In this document: piece after piece, positions 52,787 to 64,000 of the stretch | How positions within the stretch are numbered: the first letter of the stretch is position 1 | Layout of the letters: every line of letters begins with the position of its first letter | NCBI GenBank assembly: GCA_000091205.1 | Contig: AP006489.2 | Length of the DNA stretch: 64,000 bases | Strand: one strand, 5' to 3' | From: Cyanidioschyzon merolae | Lineage: Eukaryota | Made by a program: the position numbers and the translations under genes | Notes under the pieces: model-generated | Seen by the model: only the letters and a program-made list of their open reading frames with translations | The model's database searches: none | What the model was told of the DNA's origin: nothing

Positions 52787-54357
52787 ATCGACGTCGACGT
52801 TGGAAGCAGTCGTTTCCGTGCCTCTAAAACTGTGAAACGCTGGGTTACCACTTGATGGCTCAAGACAGCGCTCTCTGCTTACTGCCACGGCCAGTCCAGG
52901 GGCAACGTTCCAAGCGGGACTTTTGTTTCTGCGGCTGTTCCAAAAGCCATGAAAGGAGAGTATCCAGTGGAGCTCGCAAATGAACGCATTGGCAGCGCGT
53001 CGTTCGTACCAACGAGGCCGAGCGCCACCAGCGACAACGTGTTGCTGCTCCTGAGACCGTGTGTTCGTGCTGCTGTTATTGTGCCTGGCAATGTAGCTGT
53101 TGCGGTGTCCAGCGACCTGGTGGTTGCATGGACCGAATGCGGTTAGCGGAAGCGCCAGGGTCCGGCTGCTGGGCTGCGGTGCACAAGACGAACCGGCCGA
53201 CTCGCTCGAGACTCGCGAGACGCGCTATTGCACCTGAAGTTGCTCCTACAGCACGGCAAACTTTACAAGACTCCCTGAGAGCGGTATCGTGTACTGGTGA
53301 AAGAGCAGCCAACTGCTGGTGCCGGGTCTAGCAGAGGCAGCGCTGAGCCCCTGTTGATGTGCGCGCCGCTTTTGAACACGGGAATCGTCCGTTAAGGCAC
53401 TCATGGAGAAGGGGCACCTGCTCCCCATCGCGTCCCACTGCTGGAACTTGAACCGCCATCGACCGACATTGCTGCGTCCCTAGCACGCTTTGTGTCCAGT
53501 TGCTTGTTCAGGGTAGCTTGCTACCGCAGCAGAATAGAACCTTCAGTCGGGAGCAGGTTTCCAGGTTGCGTCATTTTGGCTCACGCTTTCCCTAGCGTTC
53601 AGAACGCTGCAGCATCCCGTTGCTTGCCCCGCACGTACTGTGAAAGTATCACTCTCCGATGAAGGCATTGGTGCTTTCCAGGGCGCAAGGAGCTTTGGTG
53701 GGGTTCCATTCCCGCAGATGATACGGGAAGAGTCTCCATACACTTGAGGGAAAGAAGCGGCAGTCACCGTGGTCGAGGTCAGCGCCTCGATAGAGTCCTC
53801 GTATCCGAACGCGGAGCGTGCGATGCACCGCCCCGCCCCAAGGAAACGAATACGTTGGACCTGTTTTTCCATGGGCCACCTCGATGTGTCGTTTGTCCCG
53901 CATGCATGGTATCGCTCGCTCATGGGCGGGTGCACTGTCCACTGATATCTTCGCTGCACCGCAAACAAACAGCCCGCTGGCGTGATGTCCATAGCGGTCC
54001 GATGAACGCCAGCACAGCCAAGAGTGCACCGTTTCTGTGGCGTGTGTGTGTGTGTGTGCGTAATCGAAACAACAAACCGAGCGCTATCGGGTGCACGGAG
54101 CCTACCTGCTGCCGAAACATAATCCCCTACTCAGCTGCCGCCCGTTGTATGCTCTAGCCCTATACCGGTGCTCTTTGTTGAAATGAGACGCACCGGTACC
54201 GTGAGCATCGAGTCAGCGTTCCGGTGAATGCTCACCATAGCAACAGACTACGTCTCTAGTTTTGCAGGTAGCGCAGCGTTCGTCCGAGCAGAGAGTGCGC
54301 CCTCTCTGAACACCAACTTTGTCTTTTCCAGCCGCGGGGTGCGTCCCGTTCGGTTTT

Positions 54358-55325
54358 TTTAGTGAACTGGACTCGTGATTTGGACTAGCCGCGTTCGGAT
54401 ACACGAACACTGCAGGCTTATTATAGAGGAACTATCGGTAGTGCCTTTCCAGTCGCCATTGCAGCCAATACCGATCTCTACGCTCTCCGTGAATTAGACC
54501 CGTGATTCCAACCACACTCATTCGGATACTAGAACACTGCACGCTTGTTATAGAGGAACTATCGGTAGTGCCTTTCCAGTCGCCACCGCAGCCAATACCG
54601 ATCTCTACGCTCTCCGTGAATTAGACTCGTGATTCCAACCATACTCATTCGGATACTAGAACACTGCACGCTTGTTATAGAGGAACTATCGGTAGTGCCT
54701 TTCCAGTCGCCATTGCAGCCAATACCGATCTCTACGCTCTCCGTGAATTAGACTCGTGATTCCAACCATACTCATTCGGATACTAGAACACTGCAGGCTT
54801 ATTATAGAGGAACTATCGGTAGTGCCTTTCCAGTCGCCACCGCAGCCAATACCGATCTCTACGCTCTCCGTGAATTAGACCCGTGATTTCAACCATACTC
54901 ATTCGGATACTAGAACACTGCAGGCTTATTATAGAGGAACTATCGGTAGTGCCTTTCCAGTCGCCATTGCAGCCAATACCGATCTCTACGCTCTCCGTGA
55001 ATTAGACTCGTGATTCCAACCACACTCATTCGGATACTAGAACACTGCACGCTTGTTATAGAGGAACTATCGGTAGTGCCTTTCCAGTCGCCATTGCAGC
55101 CAATACCAATCTCTACGCTCTCCGTGAATTAGACCCGTGATTCCAACCACACTCATTCGGATACTAGAACACTGCACGCTTGTTATAGAGGAACTATCGG
55201 TAGTGCCTTTCCAGTCGCCATTGCAGCCAATACCGATCTCTACGCTCTCCGTGAATTAGACTCGTGATTCCAACCATACTCATTCGAATACTAGAACACT
55301 GCAGGCTTGTTATAGAGGAACCAGC
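54358..55325. repeat. Tandem satellite, 120-bp unit x about 8 copies, immediately upstream of the ASADH gene
   Basis: ccgtgaattagac.cgtgattccaacca.actcattcggatactagaacactgca.gcttgttatagaggaactatcggtagtgcctttccagtcgcca..gcagccaataccgatctctacgctctc recurs with exact 120-bp phase (54488, 54608, 54728 and so on). Two unit variants partly alternate. Confidence 0.9.
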
Positions 55326-55424
55326 TCTAGGTTCTTGGTACACACCTCAACCGCTTCCCTTATAGCTGCAACTGCATCATCGCGGCACTGGTGCTTCCGC
55401 TGAGAGCGCTCGCGTCCAGCGCGC

Positions 55425-56855
55425 ATGCCGGCGCCGCGGTGGGCTCGCCGGCCGCCCATCGCCACCCTGGAGCTTGCTCTTCGACCTCAGCTCAACGTGG
55501 CTTTCAGTGCCTGTTTCATGTTCGTGACTATCGGTATTGGGACGACTACCTTTCGCGAGCAGAAGCTCGATGTGCATCGTGCACTCAAAGCATCTCAACC
55601 CGCGTGGAACGTTGCCAACGTGCGTTTCCGGGTAGCGTGCGCTCCGTTTCGCAAGACGTCGTCGACGACGCGGTCTCGGCGAGCCGGCACCGCCGCCCTA
55701 CACGCCCGACTGAACCTGACTGAGCGCATTCCGGTGGCGGTCCTCGGTGCTACCGGTTCGGTTGGACAGCGTTTCGTGCAGCTGCTTGAGGGTCATCCCT
55801 GGTTCGAGGTAGTTGCTCTGGGCGCTTCGTCGCGTTCCGCGGGCCACAAGTACGGCGAGCAGGTGTCTTGGAAGCAGGCGACGCCCATACCCGCAGACAT
55901 GGCCGATATCGAGATATCGGAATGTGATCCGAATGAGGCTGCCTATCGGGACGTGAGGATCGTGTTCAGCGGACTAGACAACCAGATTGCTGGCGAGATC
56001 GAGACGCGTTTCGCGCAAGCCGGAAAAGCCGTCTTCTCGAACGCGAAGAACCACCGCATGGACCCGGACGTGCCTATCCTGATTCCTCCCGTCAACGCCT
56101 CACATATTGAAGCAGTGCGAACACAAGCGGTGTATCGTCAGAGTGGAGGTTTCATCGTCACCAACGCGAACTGCTCTACGACAGCGATGACTATCGGTCT
56201 GGCGCCTATATGGAAGAGCCCCGAGCTTGGCATTGAGACGATTGTGGTTAGCACCATGCAGGCCATTAGCGGTGCTGGGTACCCTGGGCTCAGCGGTATG
56301 GATATTCTTGACAACGTTGTTCCGTATATTGGTGCCGAGGAGGGCAAGATGGAAACCGAATCACTGAAAATTTATGGAGAATACCAGCCGACTCGAGGCT
56401 TCGTGCCTGCAGAGATCAATGTTTCGGCGATGTGCAATCGGGTACACGTGCTGGACGGGCACACTGAAGCGGTATCCATCAAAGTCCGGAATCGCGGCAA
56501 CCGGAGCAAGGAAGAACTGGCCCAAATGGTGATTCGAGCCATCCAAGAGTACCCGTCGACATCTCGCGATGTTTTTGGACTACCAAGCGGACCTGAACGC
56601 GACGTTGTCTACAATCAGGCACCAGATCGTCCGCAGCCGCGGCTTGATCGGAACCTGGGTAGAGGCTTTACGGTTACCGTAGGACGGGTGCGCCCCTGCA
56701 ATGTGCTCGACGTGAAATTGGCCTTGTGCGGACACAACACCATTGTCGGAGCCGCTGGTGGCAGTATCCTGAACGCCGAACTCGCTGTGGTGAAGAAACT
56801 CATCGCAAGCGTCGGTGTAGGTGCAACGGAGCATGGCGCAGCCGTTCGGCGTTGA
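55425..56855 (+). CDS. asd: Aspartate-semialdehyde dehydrogenase with an N-terminal presequence of about 90 aa (organelle-targeted, probably plastid)
   Basis: VAVLGATGSVGQRFVQLL (NAD(P)-binding GxxGxxG), active-site region SNANCSTTAMTIGLAPI, and C-terminal dimerisation domain. ATG start confirmed. Confidence 0.9.
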   Translation: MPAPRWARRPPIATLELALRPQLNVAFSACFMFVTIGIGTTTFREQKLDVHRALKASQPAWNVANVRFRVACAPFRKTSSTTRSRRAGTAALHARLNLTERIPVAVLGATGSVGQRFVQLLEGHPWFEVVALGASSRSAGHKYGEQVSWKQATPIPADMADIEISECDPNEAAYRDVRIVFSGLDNQIAGEIETRFAQAGKAVFSNAKNHRMDPDVPILIPPVNASHIEAVRTQAVYRQSGGFIVTNANCSTTAMTIGLAPIWKSPELGIETIVVSTMQAISGAGYPGLSGMDILDNVVPYIGAEEGKMETESLKIYGEYQPTRGFVPAEINVSAMCNRVHVLDGHTEAVSIKVRNRGNRSKEELAQMVIRAIQEYPSTSRDVFGLPSGPERDVVYNQAPDRPQPRLDRNLGRGFTVTVGRVRPCNVLDVKLALCGHNTIVGAAGGSILNAELAVVKKLIASVGVGATEHGAAVRR

Positions 56856-57797
56856 GCGCTAGCGGGGAACTCGCCGTACACGTGATGGCGCGTAAACCTT
56901 TATCATCTACGCACCCTTTGGTTCTATGGATGGAACGTGCGCGCTCTGCGTTTACGTATCCTTAGATTGCAATATTCACAACGTCTGGGTGCATCCGGAG
57001 AAAAGCCGTCGCAACTGCAATGGCCAGTGAACGCCCCAGCGATAACCCAGAGACGTAAACAACGCGGCGATCAAGCATGCCGCTGGAAGCGCGCCGACCT
57101 TGCCCGGAAATCATCGCCTCTGCTGAGCAGGCATCAAACAGGCATCGTGGTGAAAGCCTCGTCCAGGCATCCGCGCCCTATGCGCTCTTTAGCACATATT
57201 CGTTGGCGCGTCTCATGCACGGCAAGGCTGTAGCGTCATTGGCTGTGTGTCTGGATGCTTCAAGCACTGTGGCACCACGCTGTCAGGTCATGAGAGGCTT
57301 ACGCAGCGGCTGCGACGCCAAGAACGCTCGCGCATTGCGTACGCACAGTCCTGTACGCAACGGTGCTTGGTCAGGAGCAATGCTGCTGGAGGTTTCATCC
57401 CGCTGCGTATTCAAAAGCAGGACCCGGAGTCTCAGTGCGCAACAAGTTCCCTATTGATCTGGGATCTGCTCAGCGAATGCGTCGACTGAAGACGCCTGTG
57501 TGTACCCAAGGAACGCACCGCATCGCACCACAGCATAGCATACCATGGCGTACCGAAGCGAACCTTGCATGCTGATCGATATCGGTTGCCGCGTCCAGGT
57601 CGAACGATGATTTCGATATTCCCTGGACAACGACAGACTTCGATCGGCTGTATGCGCAAAAGGCCACCTCAACAACCGACATGCACGCGCTGCCTCTGCA
57701 CACTGACCAGGGTGGCCATGGATTGGCCAAAGCGCTGCGATATGCGAATCACAGGCTCCGACACATCTTCATCAGCGACCGCATGTCGCGCAGTGCG

Positions 57798-58916
57798 TTA
57801 CGATTTAACGATTTGAACGACATCTTCGTCCTGAAGTACGTGATCTGCACCAACTTTCTGAGGAGAGAACTTCACAGACGAGCCCCAGACCCACGCGTAC
57901 CGCATCTGATCCAGCAACGACTTGTGGATTCGACGGCACAGTGCGCGTACGGTGCAGTGTTCGGGTGCATTGCGGAGCACAATAGGTGCGTCATAGTCCG
58001 GTATTTCGCCCTTGGGCTTGGTGTAGATGCGGATCAGGTCCAGCTTTTTCCACATCTCCTCGAGGAGTCCATCGAGATTCCAGCCCAGATGTCCACTTAT
58101 CGGCACATAGTCCTCAAGTCGGTCGTACAACTCAAGTTCCTCCATGCTCGTTGCGTCAATCTTATTTAGCACATAGAGCACCGGCACATAGACTCGATTC
58201 CCTTCCAGAACGTCGATGAGATCGTCGGGTGTCGCATCCTCCTTGAGCACGATTTCAGCATTGGGACAACGATACTCTTGGCATATGGTTCGGCAAAGCT
58301 CCAAATCGAGATGCGATGCCGGTCCCTGGAACAGGGTGGTCAGCGTGACTCCGCCGCGGTCTTTTCGACGCACCGCTATCCGCGGTCGCTGCTTCCCGAG
58401 TCGAATGCCGAACCCTTCAAGCTCGCGCTCGATGATGCGCTTGTGAACGACTGGCTTGGTCGCGTCCAGAACAATCATGATTAAATCACAGGAGCGTGCG
58501 ACCGCGATGACTTGCCGGCCCCTGCCGCGACCCTCCTTGGCCCCTTCGATGATGCCAGGCAGGTCGATGAGCTGGATTTTTGCACCCCGGTAAAAGATGT
58601 TCGATGGAATAGCAGTTAGCGTCGTGAACTCGTACGCAGCCACCTCGCTTTCCGTCTCGGTGAGCTTACTGAAGAGCGTGGACTTACCCACGGACGGGAA
58701 ACCGATCATGGCAACGCGTGCGTCACCGGTTCGAGCGACGTCGAAGCCTTCACCACCGCCACCGCCGCCGCTGGCTTTGGTGCTCTCGAGCAACAGTTCC
58801 CGCTTGAGCTTCGCAAGTCGGGACTTGAGACGGCATATATGACCCATGGTTGCTTTGTTCACCTGGGTTCGAGCCAGTTCATCCTCGATATCTTTGATTT
58901 TCTGCAGTGTCGCCAT
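57798..58916 (-). CDS. DRG1: Developmentally regulated GTP-binding protein 1 (Obg-family GTPase with TGS domain). First ATG used; the track ORF extends upstream from a non-canonical start.
   Basis: [73 protein letters not shown]...[21 protein letters not shown]...C-terminal TGS ...[25 protein letters not shown], collinear with DRG1. Confidence 0.93.
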   Translation of the reverse strand: MATLQKIKDIEDELARTQVNKATMGHICRLKSRLAKLKRELLLESTKASGGGGGGEGFDVARTGDARVAMIGFPSVGKSTLFSKLTETESEVAAYEFTTLTAIPSNIFYRGAKIQLIDLPGIIEGAKEGRGRGRQVIAVARSCDLIMIVLDATKPVVHKRIIERELEGFGIRLGKQRPRIAVRRKDRGGVTLTTLFQGPASHLDLELCRTICQEYRCPNAEIVLKEDATPDDLIDVLEGNRVYVPVLYVLNKIDATSMEELELYDRLEDYVPISGHLGWNLDGLLEEMWKKLDLIRIYTKPKGEIPDYDAPIVLRNAPEHCTVRALCRRIHKSLLDQMRYAWVWGSSVKFSPQKVGADHVLQDEDVVQIVKS

Positions 58917-60701
58917 TGTTCCCCTACAGACTACACCGCCAGGGCCTGCGGCAACAAACGCGCTGTAGAGGCAGCGCGTTTCTCCACGGCGATATGCGAT
59001 ATTTGCCGCCGCGTCCACGCACTGCACCATTGCGTACCGGGAGGCGATGCCTCGAACTGACTGTGCTCGACGAGTGTGCGGTTGATATCGGTTGCTGGAG
59101 GCACAAATTTCGAATTATCGGGCGACAGGTCCACGATCCTACTCCAGGCAAGTGCGACTCGGCTTGTCCGCCTGGTCATTGTGGCCCAGAGCGCGAGCGA
59201 GCGCCACCTTCCGGCGCCTGTGAGGCTGCCTCGGCCCCGGTACCACGACGTATGCAAGTTCCCGAAACGAGGTCCTCTATGCTACTGGTTGTCCACGTGA
59301 TCAGTCGGTGCCTGTGACTGAGCCTTCTCGATGACATTCGCTCTCGTCGATCATATTTTCGTGCTTCGCAGCGGCGCGTGCAGGCGAACGCTGCGATCCG
59401 GTGCGGCAACCTTGCAAGCGCGAATGCCCTGCTCTTGATAATTCGATGCTTTGCACGCGCAAACGGGTTTGAGTCACAACTATCTGCATAGGATCATGAA
59501 AGACGAACCGGTGCAATGAGGCATTCAGGAACGGGCGCACGGGCCTCGGAGTACCGGCTCTGAGCGGGCGATGTCGACGAGCGCGTCGTCAATACGCGAT
59601 TGCGACCAACTTGGGGCCGCAGCAAGCATCAGCGGCCTCTCTGGCAACGCATCGACAACGAGACGAGAGACTGCTCACGTTAGACGTGCAACCTGATTCC
59701 ATCGAGGCCATGGGAATCGCCAGACTCGATACAGGGTTGCGGGGCACGGCCGTCGATTCGCCTGCAACGACATACGACGCTGTTGCTGTTGCCCGGGACC
59801 ATGCCATCTTCAGAGCGAGCGATCGACTTTGAGCGGGGCCCTCACATCCGACCAGCGAACAACGTGTCAAACTCTTGGACTGGAACGCTCGTTCTTCGTA
59901 GCAGGTAGAGCGAAGCGCGATGATAACCCATCTCTAACCATAAAGTACCCTGCTCGCGTGCACGTCGTTGTCGCTTTCCTCGATGGCTTCCCGAACGCAA
60001 CACGCAAGCGTCTTGCAGCATGCATCTCCGTAGAACGTCGCTATGTCGCGAACCGACACGCACAAGGGTATAGGAAAGCTGTTTAGCCGCTGTGCTGCAT
60101 CTGTTCCAGCGGTTTGAGCGCTACGGCGGACGCTCCAAGCACGAACTCGGCGCACGATAGAACGTACAAGACGACCAGTGCATCTGGATGGGAGTATCAG
60201 CAATGCAGCTTGGAGGCAGGGTGCAACAACATCATGGACGCTTTCCCGAAAGCCTATTCCCATCCGAATCGCACTCTGGAGTCCGTGATCGAAGGCAACG
60301 TTTTGCGATCGGACGCGCAGATCCTCAATCGCCGCGCATGCATGCTCGTGTTGCCATGCCGCGCAAGTGCATTGCGCTGGGGCGGCGAGGCGCGCTTCTG
60401 TAACTGTGGCACATTTGTCTAATACAGGCGACGCGCCCCCGCAGCAGCCGCAGCGACTGCATATCGGGTCGAGCGGGCGTGCAGGCATACGCCACGAACG
60501 CTGGCGCATGCTCGCGTGACTGCGGGCATTTTTCAAGGTCGACTGTCGGAACGTACCGTAGTGGAGCTGCACACGGGCGTACCTCTCACTTGTTTGAGTT
60601 AACTGTTTGAAAACATAGCGCGTAATTGATCAGAGAGGGGTTCGGAGAGAAAGAGGGGTGAAACGCTGTCCTGGGCGCTGAATTATTCGCAGCACGGACG
60701 A

Positions 60702-61694
60702 ATGAGCTTCGTAACAACTGGGCCCGGGGGCTTGCACGAACTCGTGCTACGCCGCGTTCGCGACCTGGGGAACGAAGCCACCATTCGTCGGGTTATTGAG
60801 GCGACAACCTCGGGAAAAGCGAATGACTATGCGCCTTACGCTCCTGAAGGGTCGAAAACGAGCGGTACGCTGCGGCTATTGCTCGCCGCGATTTGGAAGA
60901 GCTATCTGCGCAAGCTGCAGACCGACCCGGTGGTGACCAAGTCCATCTCTGCGGCGATAATCTCACTAGTATCTGACTTGCTCGCCTCTTCCCTTTCGGG
61001 TTCGAAACTTAGCTCGCGTTCGCTTCTGAACCAGTTCAGTATAGGCTTGGCTATTCGTGGCCCCATTGTACACTACTTCCATCAGTTTCTGGACCGTGTG
61101 GTGTTTGCGCGTGTCACCAACCAGACCCAAATCGCAGTGGTCATCGCAAAGGTCATTATCGATCAGTTCATTTTCTCGCCACCGTACAACGCGCTTTATT
61201 TCCTTATCATTGGACTGCTGGAGGATCGCTCGCTCGCCGAGATCGGCCGCAAGATTCGTCGCGAGCTCTGGGGCGTGATGAAAACGAACTGGATTGTCTG
61301 GACACCTGCGAACATCATTTCGTACTACGCCATCCCGTTGGAACTGCGGGTGTTATGGGGTAATTTGGTGGGTATTATTTGGACCGCTATATTGATTTCG
61401 AAAGTGCGCCGAGGAGGTGGGAGCAGTTCTACCAGTAACCAGAACAGCGGCGGTAGTGGCAGCGGCGACATGTCCGCGAACTCGAGCGGTCACGCTCGTA
61501 TCGGATCGTCGGAGCAACCCAATGATCAGAGCGGAACGCGTACCTACGCAAATGCTGCTGCAACGAGATCGAGTGTAGGCCTCAGGGCTGGCGACGCATC
61601 AGCAGCATCGGGCAAACATCGTCAACCTATTGCCGAGAACACGAACGATGTTGAGGAATCAGAACACCTGAATGACCATAATAAGTTTGAATAG
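60702..61694 (+). CDS. Mpv17/PMP22-family membrane protein with a long low-complexity C-terminal tail
   Basis: Four TM segments with family signature ...WIVWTPANIISYYAIPLELRVLWGNLVGIIWTAILIS. The tail is rich in G/S/N. ATG start. Confidence 0.7.
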   Translation: MSFVTTGPGGLHELVLRRVRDLGNEATIRRVIEATTSGKANDYAPYAPEGSKTSGTLRLLLAAIWKSYLRKLQTDPVVTKSISAAIISLVSDLLASSLSGSKLSSRSLLNQFSIGLAIRGPIVHYFHQFLDRVVFARVTNQTQIAVVIAKVIIDQFIFSPPYNALYFLIIGLLEDRSLAEIGRKIRRELWGVMKTNWIVWTPANIISYYAIPLELRVLWGNLVGIIWTAILISKVRRGGGSSSTSNQNSGGSGSGDMSANSSGHARIGSSEQPNDQSGTRTYANAAATRSSVGLRAGDASAASGKHRQPIAENTNDVEESEHLNDHNKFE

Positions 61695-61782
61695 GAGGGT
61701 ACCAGCATAAATCCGGTTTGCTCTTGTTTCTTTTGCGTTCAAAGAATGCCTGTCAGCAGACAGGGCTTTGGATGAGAGACGC

Positions 61783-61809
61783 GCAGTAACGACTACTACT
61801 ACTGCTACC

Positions 61810-61853
<44 letters not shown>

Positions 61854-61859
61854 CACAGA
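61783..61859. repeat. Trinucleotide microsatellite (ACT)n/(GCT)n
   Basis: actactactactgctaccactactactactgctgctgctgctgctgctgctgctgctgcc seen directly. Confidence 0.95.
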
Positions 61860-62379
61860 TTTGGTCACGACTCGACTCGGACCTGCTAGGTTGTTCGTGG
61901 ATGCGGCATGGAAGCGGGCACATTGGCACTGGAGCAGTGCGCTGCAGCCTGAACCCGCAGGCTGTGACACCCGCACCAGCGTGAAATTGAACAGGCTCGC
62001 GTACTTAACTAGGGCATACATACCAAAGGCCGTTCTCTTGCGACTGTCAAAAATACCAGCCTTTGCGGAGCGGTTTTCGCGACTGTTTCCTTTTCTTCTC
62101 TCTTATCTCCGGATTTCTATACGATGGTCTCTCGTTTCACCCCAGCTCTGATGTCAGCTGTTGAAGGAAGCGGATGGCAGTGCTCAAATCTCGATCTCAC
62201 TGATTCCGGCGGTTTTCGACGACTCCTATGCCCGGGCATAAGTTGCCCGTGATGCTTCCCGTGCCATTTTCATCTGCTTGGTTTACAGACCGGGTGCGCA
62301 TGTCAGAGCGATGACAAGCCCTATGGTGGTCAAGTGTTCCCGTGTGTCCACCGAGCCTCCGTCTTGTAAATTCGCTCTG

Positions 62380-62780
62380 TGACTCGTACAGGCTTGCTTC
62401 ATCGCTCGGCATGTGTCCAGGTGAGGTGTATCGGACGCTCATCTGGATACCCGACTCCGTCTCCGCCTCCATCTTCGCAAACCGAGGCACTCTCCTACGA
62501 TCACGCGCTTCTTCTGAGCGATCCTCTAGGCGAGTTTCCTGCCCGCTGCACGAGCCAGTGTGCGCTGCCTCATTTGATATACGACTTGTGGACCGTGATG
62601 GTGTACGTGATGAAACAAGTACCGGAAAGAATATCCAAGTTGGAGACCAAGTCGCGAAATTCGGATCCGTCTACCCACTTGCCATGCAAACCAGTGACGC
62701 ATTTTCCAGAGGAAGGGATCGCTGCGAAGCCTGCAGTCCCAGCTCGAGACACTTGACGATGCAAACACATGAGACGGGAG
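62380..62780 (-). pseudogene. TnpB/Fanzor-like nuclease fragment (copy D), minus-oriented and frameshifted
   Basis: Minus-strand FRDLVSNLDILSGTCFITYTITVHKSY matches the family motif. Further downstream on the minus strand, ...PIHLTWTHA corresponds to the FLTWKPL / VDIWEHM segment of copies A and C. The opposite-strand frames (MKQVPERISKLETKSR) also align with copy A, which supports nucleotide-level homology. Confidence 0.4.
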
Positions 62781-64000
62781 CTTCTTGGAACACATCCTTT
62801 GACAAGGTTCCAGCTGGTTCCGCATCTGGTTTCATCGGTGGCTGCAAAGAATGGAGCACTGGTGTTTCAAGCGGAATCGCTCATTTGAGGTGAGAATCTC
62901 AGTGAGGGTTCGGTATGGGTTTTTTTTTCGGAGGACCGGTCAAGGACTGACGTCGCATCGTTTCCTTTTTTCTATGGACCTATCAGCGCGGAGCGGAACG
63001 TCCACGAGTTACCGTGAATGAGAAAACACCAAAGACTCGAAGCATGTGTGATTTGAGCGTGCCTCACACACGAGAAGCGGACGATTATGGTATGTAACGA
63101 GTCATTGTTCGAGGACGTCCGGAATCATGGTTATTTCGCTGATATCATGAATGCCGGGGACAACGCGTCCATAGAGCGATTCCGACGAGCCGAGCGAGAT
63201 TCCCAAAAGCACCAAAGAATCCGTAGGGCTTTATTCCAGCACTTTGAATAACAAGGCTGTGCATCGAAACAATTTTCGAAAAGCGTTGTATACGAGAAAC
63301 AGTGCGACTAGTTCAGTGTTACATTATTATCCGATACCAGTGTAGACTTCAAAGAAGCGTTTGTGATGTGTGATCTGTGAAACCGAAAAATGTCCTTTCC
63401 CATCGAGGGTAAATGTAGATCCACTTGCAGACGCGAGCCAGCCTTTTCTGACATGCCGACTGCTATCGGTTTAGGTTTCTCCTTGCAGACTTCGAGTATT
63501 AGACGCTGCACCATGGAGTTCGCTTGCGTCATCTCCTCGGATCTCGTCTTCAGCGTCACACAGTTTCTGGTATTCTCAGCAGCGTTGAAGTTTCGATTCA
63601 CGAACTCCATGTATTTCTCGCTGCTGCTCGTACTCATCAATGGAAGCATTCCCCGAACTTTTGCCCTCCGAGCCACTTGCGTCTTGTCATTGTCCCGTGG
63701 GGCGAAGAGCTTTGCTCGCCCAGCGCCCGCTTCTTCTTCTTCTTCTTCGTTACTCGGCTATCTTCGCTCGACGGTCGAAGAGAAGGGCATGTATTCCCTT
63801 TGTTTCTGGCCTCCTGGATCCTCGCTTTCCATGTCGACACCTTTCCCTTGGATTTTTATTTCTTCAAATGAATGCACTTTGAATGTTTCTACTATAAAAG
63901 GCTAAAAAGCATTTGATGCCACGCACCTGGGCATGGAGCACAACTGAGCTGAAAGACCACAGCGAAGCAGCATCATCCTCCAGGCTGCTGGAACGCCGCT

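Noticed and set aside
54358-55325. Possible CRISPR array (regular 120-bp periodicity)
   Set aside because: Successive units are essentially identical over their full length, so there is no repeat/variable-spacer architecture. The context is eukaryotic nuclear DNA with no cas genes. It is a tandem satellite.
63308-63676. 122-aa minus-strand ORF in the AT-richer terminal 1 kb (MSTSSSEKYMEFVNRNFNAAENTRN...)
   Set aside because: Possibly a real small coiled-coil protein, but the track start is GTG, no family was recognised, and the flanking region is low complexity (poly-T, (TTC)n). Support is insufficient to call it.
1-64000. Bacterial/phage interpretation suggested by an ORF track that starts ORFs at GTG/TTG
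   Set aside because: Gene content is unambiguously eukaryotic (40S S15, 60S P2, TOM22, DRG1, FEN1 with PIP box, CLEC16A-like). Several track starts are TTG or GTG (for example 68, 4845, 31010, 48228), so CDS starts were re-anchored to the first ATG.

Overview
This 64-kb window is a GC-rich eukaryotic nuclear segment. Most genes look intron-less, and I found no rRNA, tRNA or CRISPR. The ORF track uses bacterial start rules, so many of its 'M' starts are really TTG or GTG; where possible I re-anchored CDS starts to the first in-frame ATG.

Confident housekeeping genes, in order:
- ZIP metal transporter
- Aa_trans amino-acid transporter
- UTP21/WDR36-like WD40 protein
- FEN1
- protein kinase
- 40S ribosomal protein S15
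- PcyA-type ferredoxin-dependent bilin reductase
- alanyl-tRNA synthetase
- kinase-PP2C fusion protein
- twin-Cx9C protein
- TOM22/TOM9-like protein
- CLEC16A/FPL-like protein
- 60S acidic ribosomal protein P2
- HIT-family protein
- PPR-like protein
- aspartate-semialdehyde dehydrogenase with a presequence
- DRG1 GTPase
- Mpv17/PMP22-family protein

PcyA plus ASADH, PPR and TOM22, together with the compact intron-poor structure at roughly 55-58% GC, suggests a phycobilin-making alga, perhaps a red alga such as Cyanidiales. This lineage call is inference only.

Accessory content, and the main hunt result. Between the genes sit at least six degraded copies of a TnpB/Fanzor-like RuvC nuclease element. 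The RuvC-III motif RDSNAAINIF survives at about 35.98 kb. Degenerate versions, NRDFNAAIHIGR and NRGVNATINIRR, lie at about 3.63 kb and 49.64 kb. The copies at 3.3-4.6 kb and 48.6-49.9 kb form an inverted pair, each carrying a Tc1/mariner-type transposase C-terminal motif. A hairpin-rich roughly 100-bp element conserved at two loci lies where an omega-RNA or right end would be expected.

Other features:
- a gypsy-like RT fragment near 41.3 kb
- a 606-bp direct repeat pair at about 99% identity (17.4 kb and 25.1 kb)
- three tandem arrays: 179 bp x3, about 167 bp x2, and 120 bp x8 directly upstream of ASADH
- several microsatellites, including a (GT)n tract near 54.05 kb that is not listed as a separate feature
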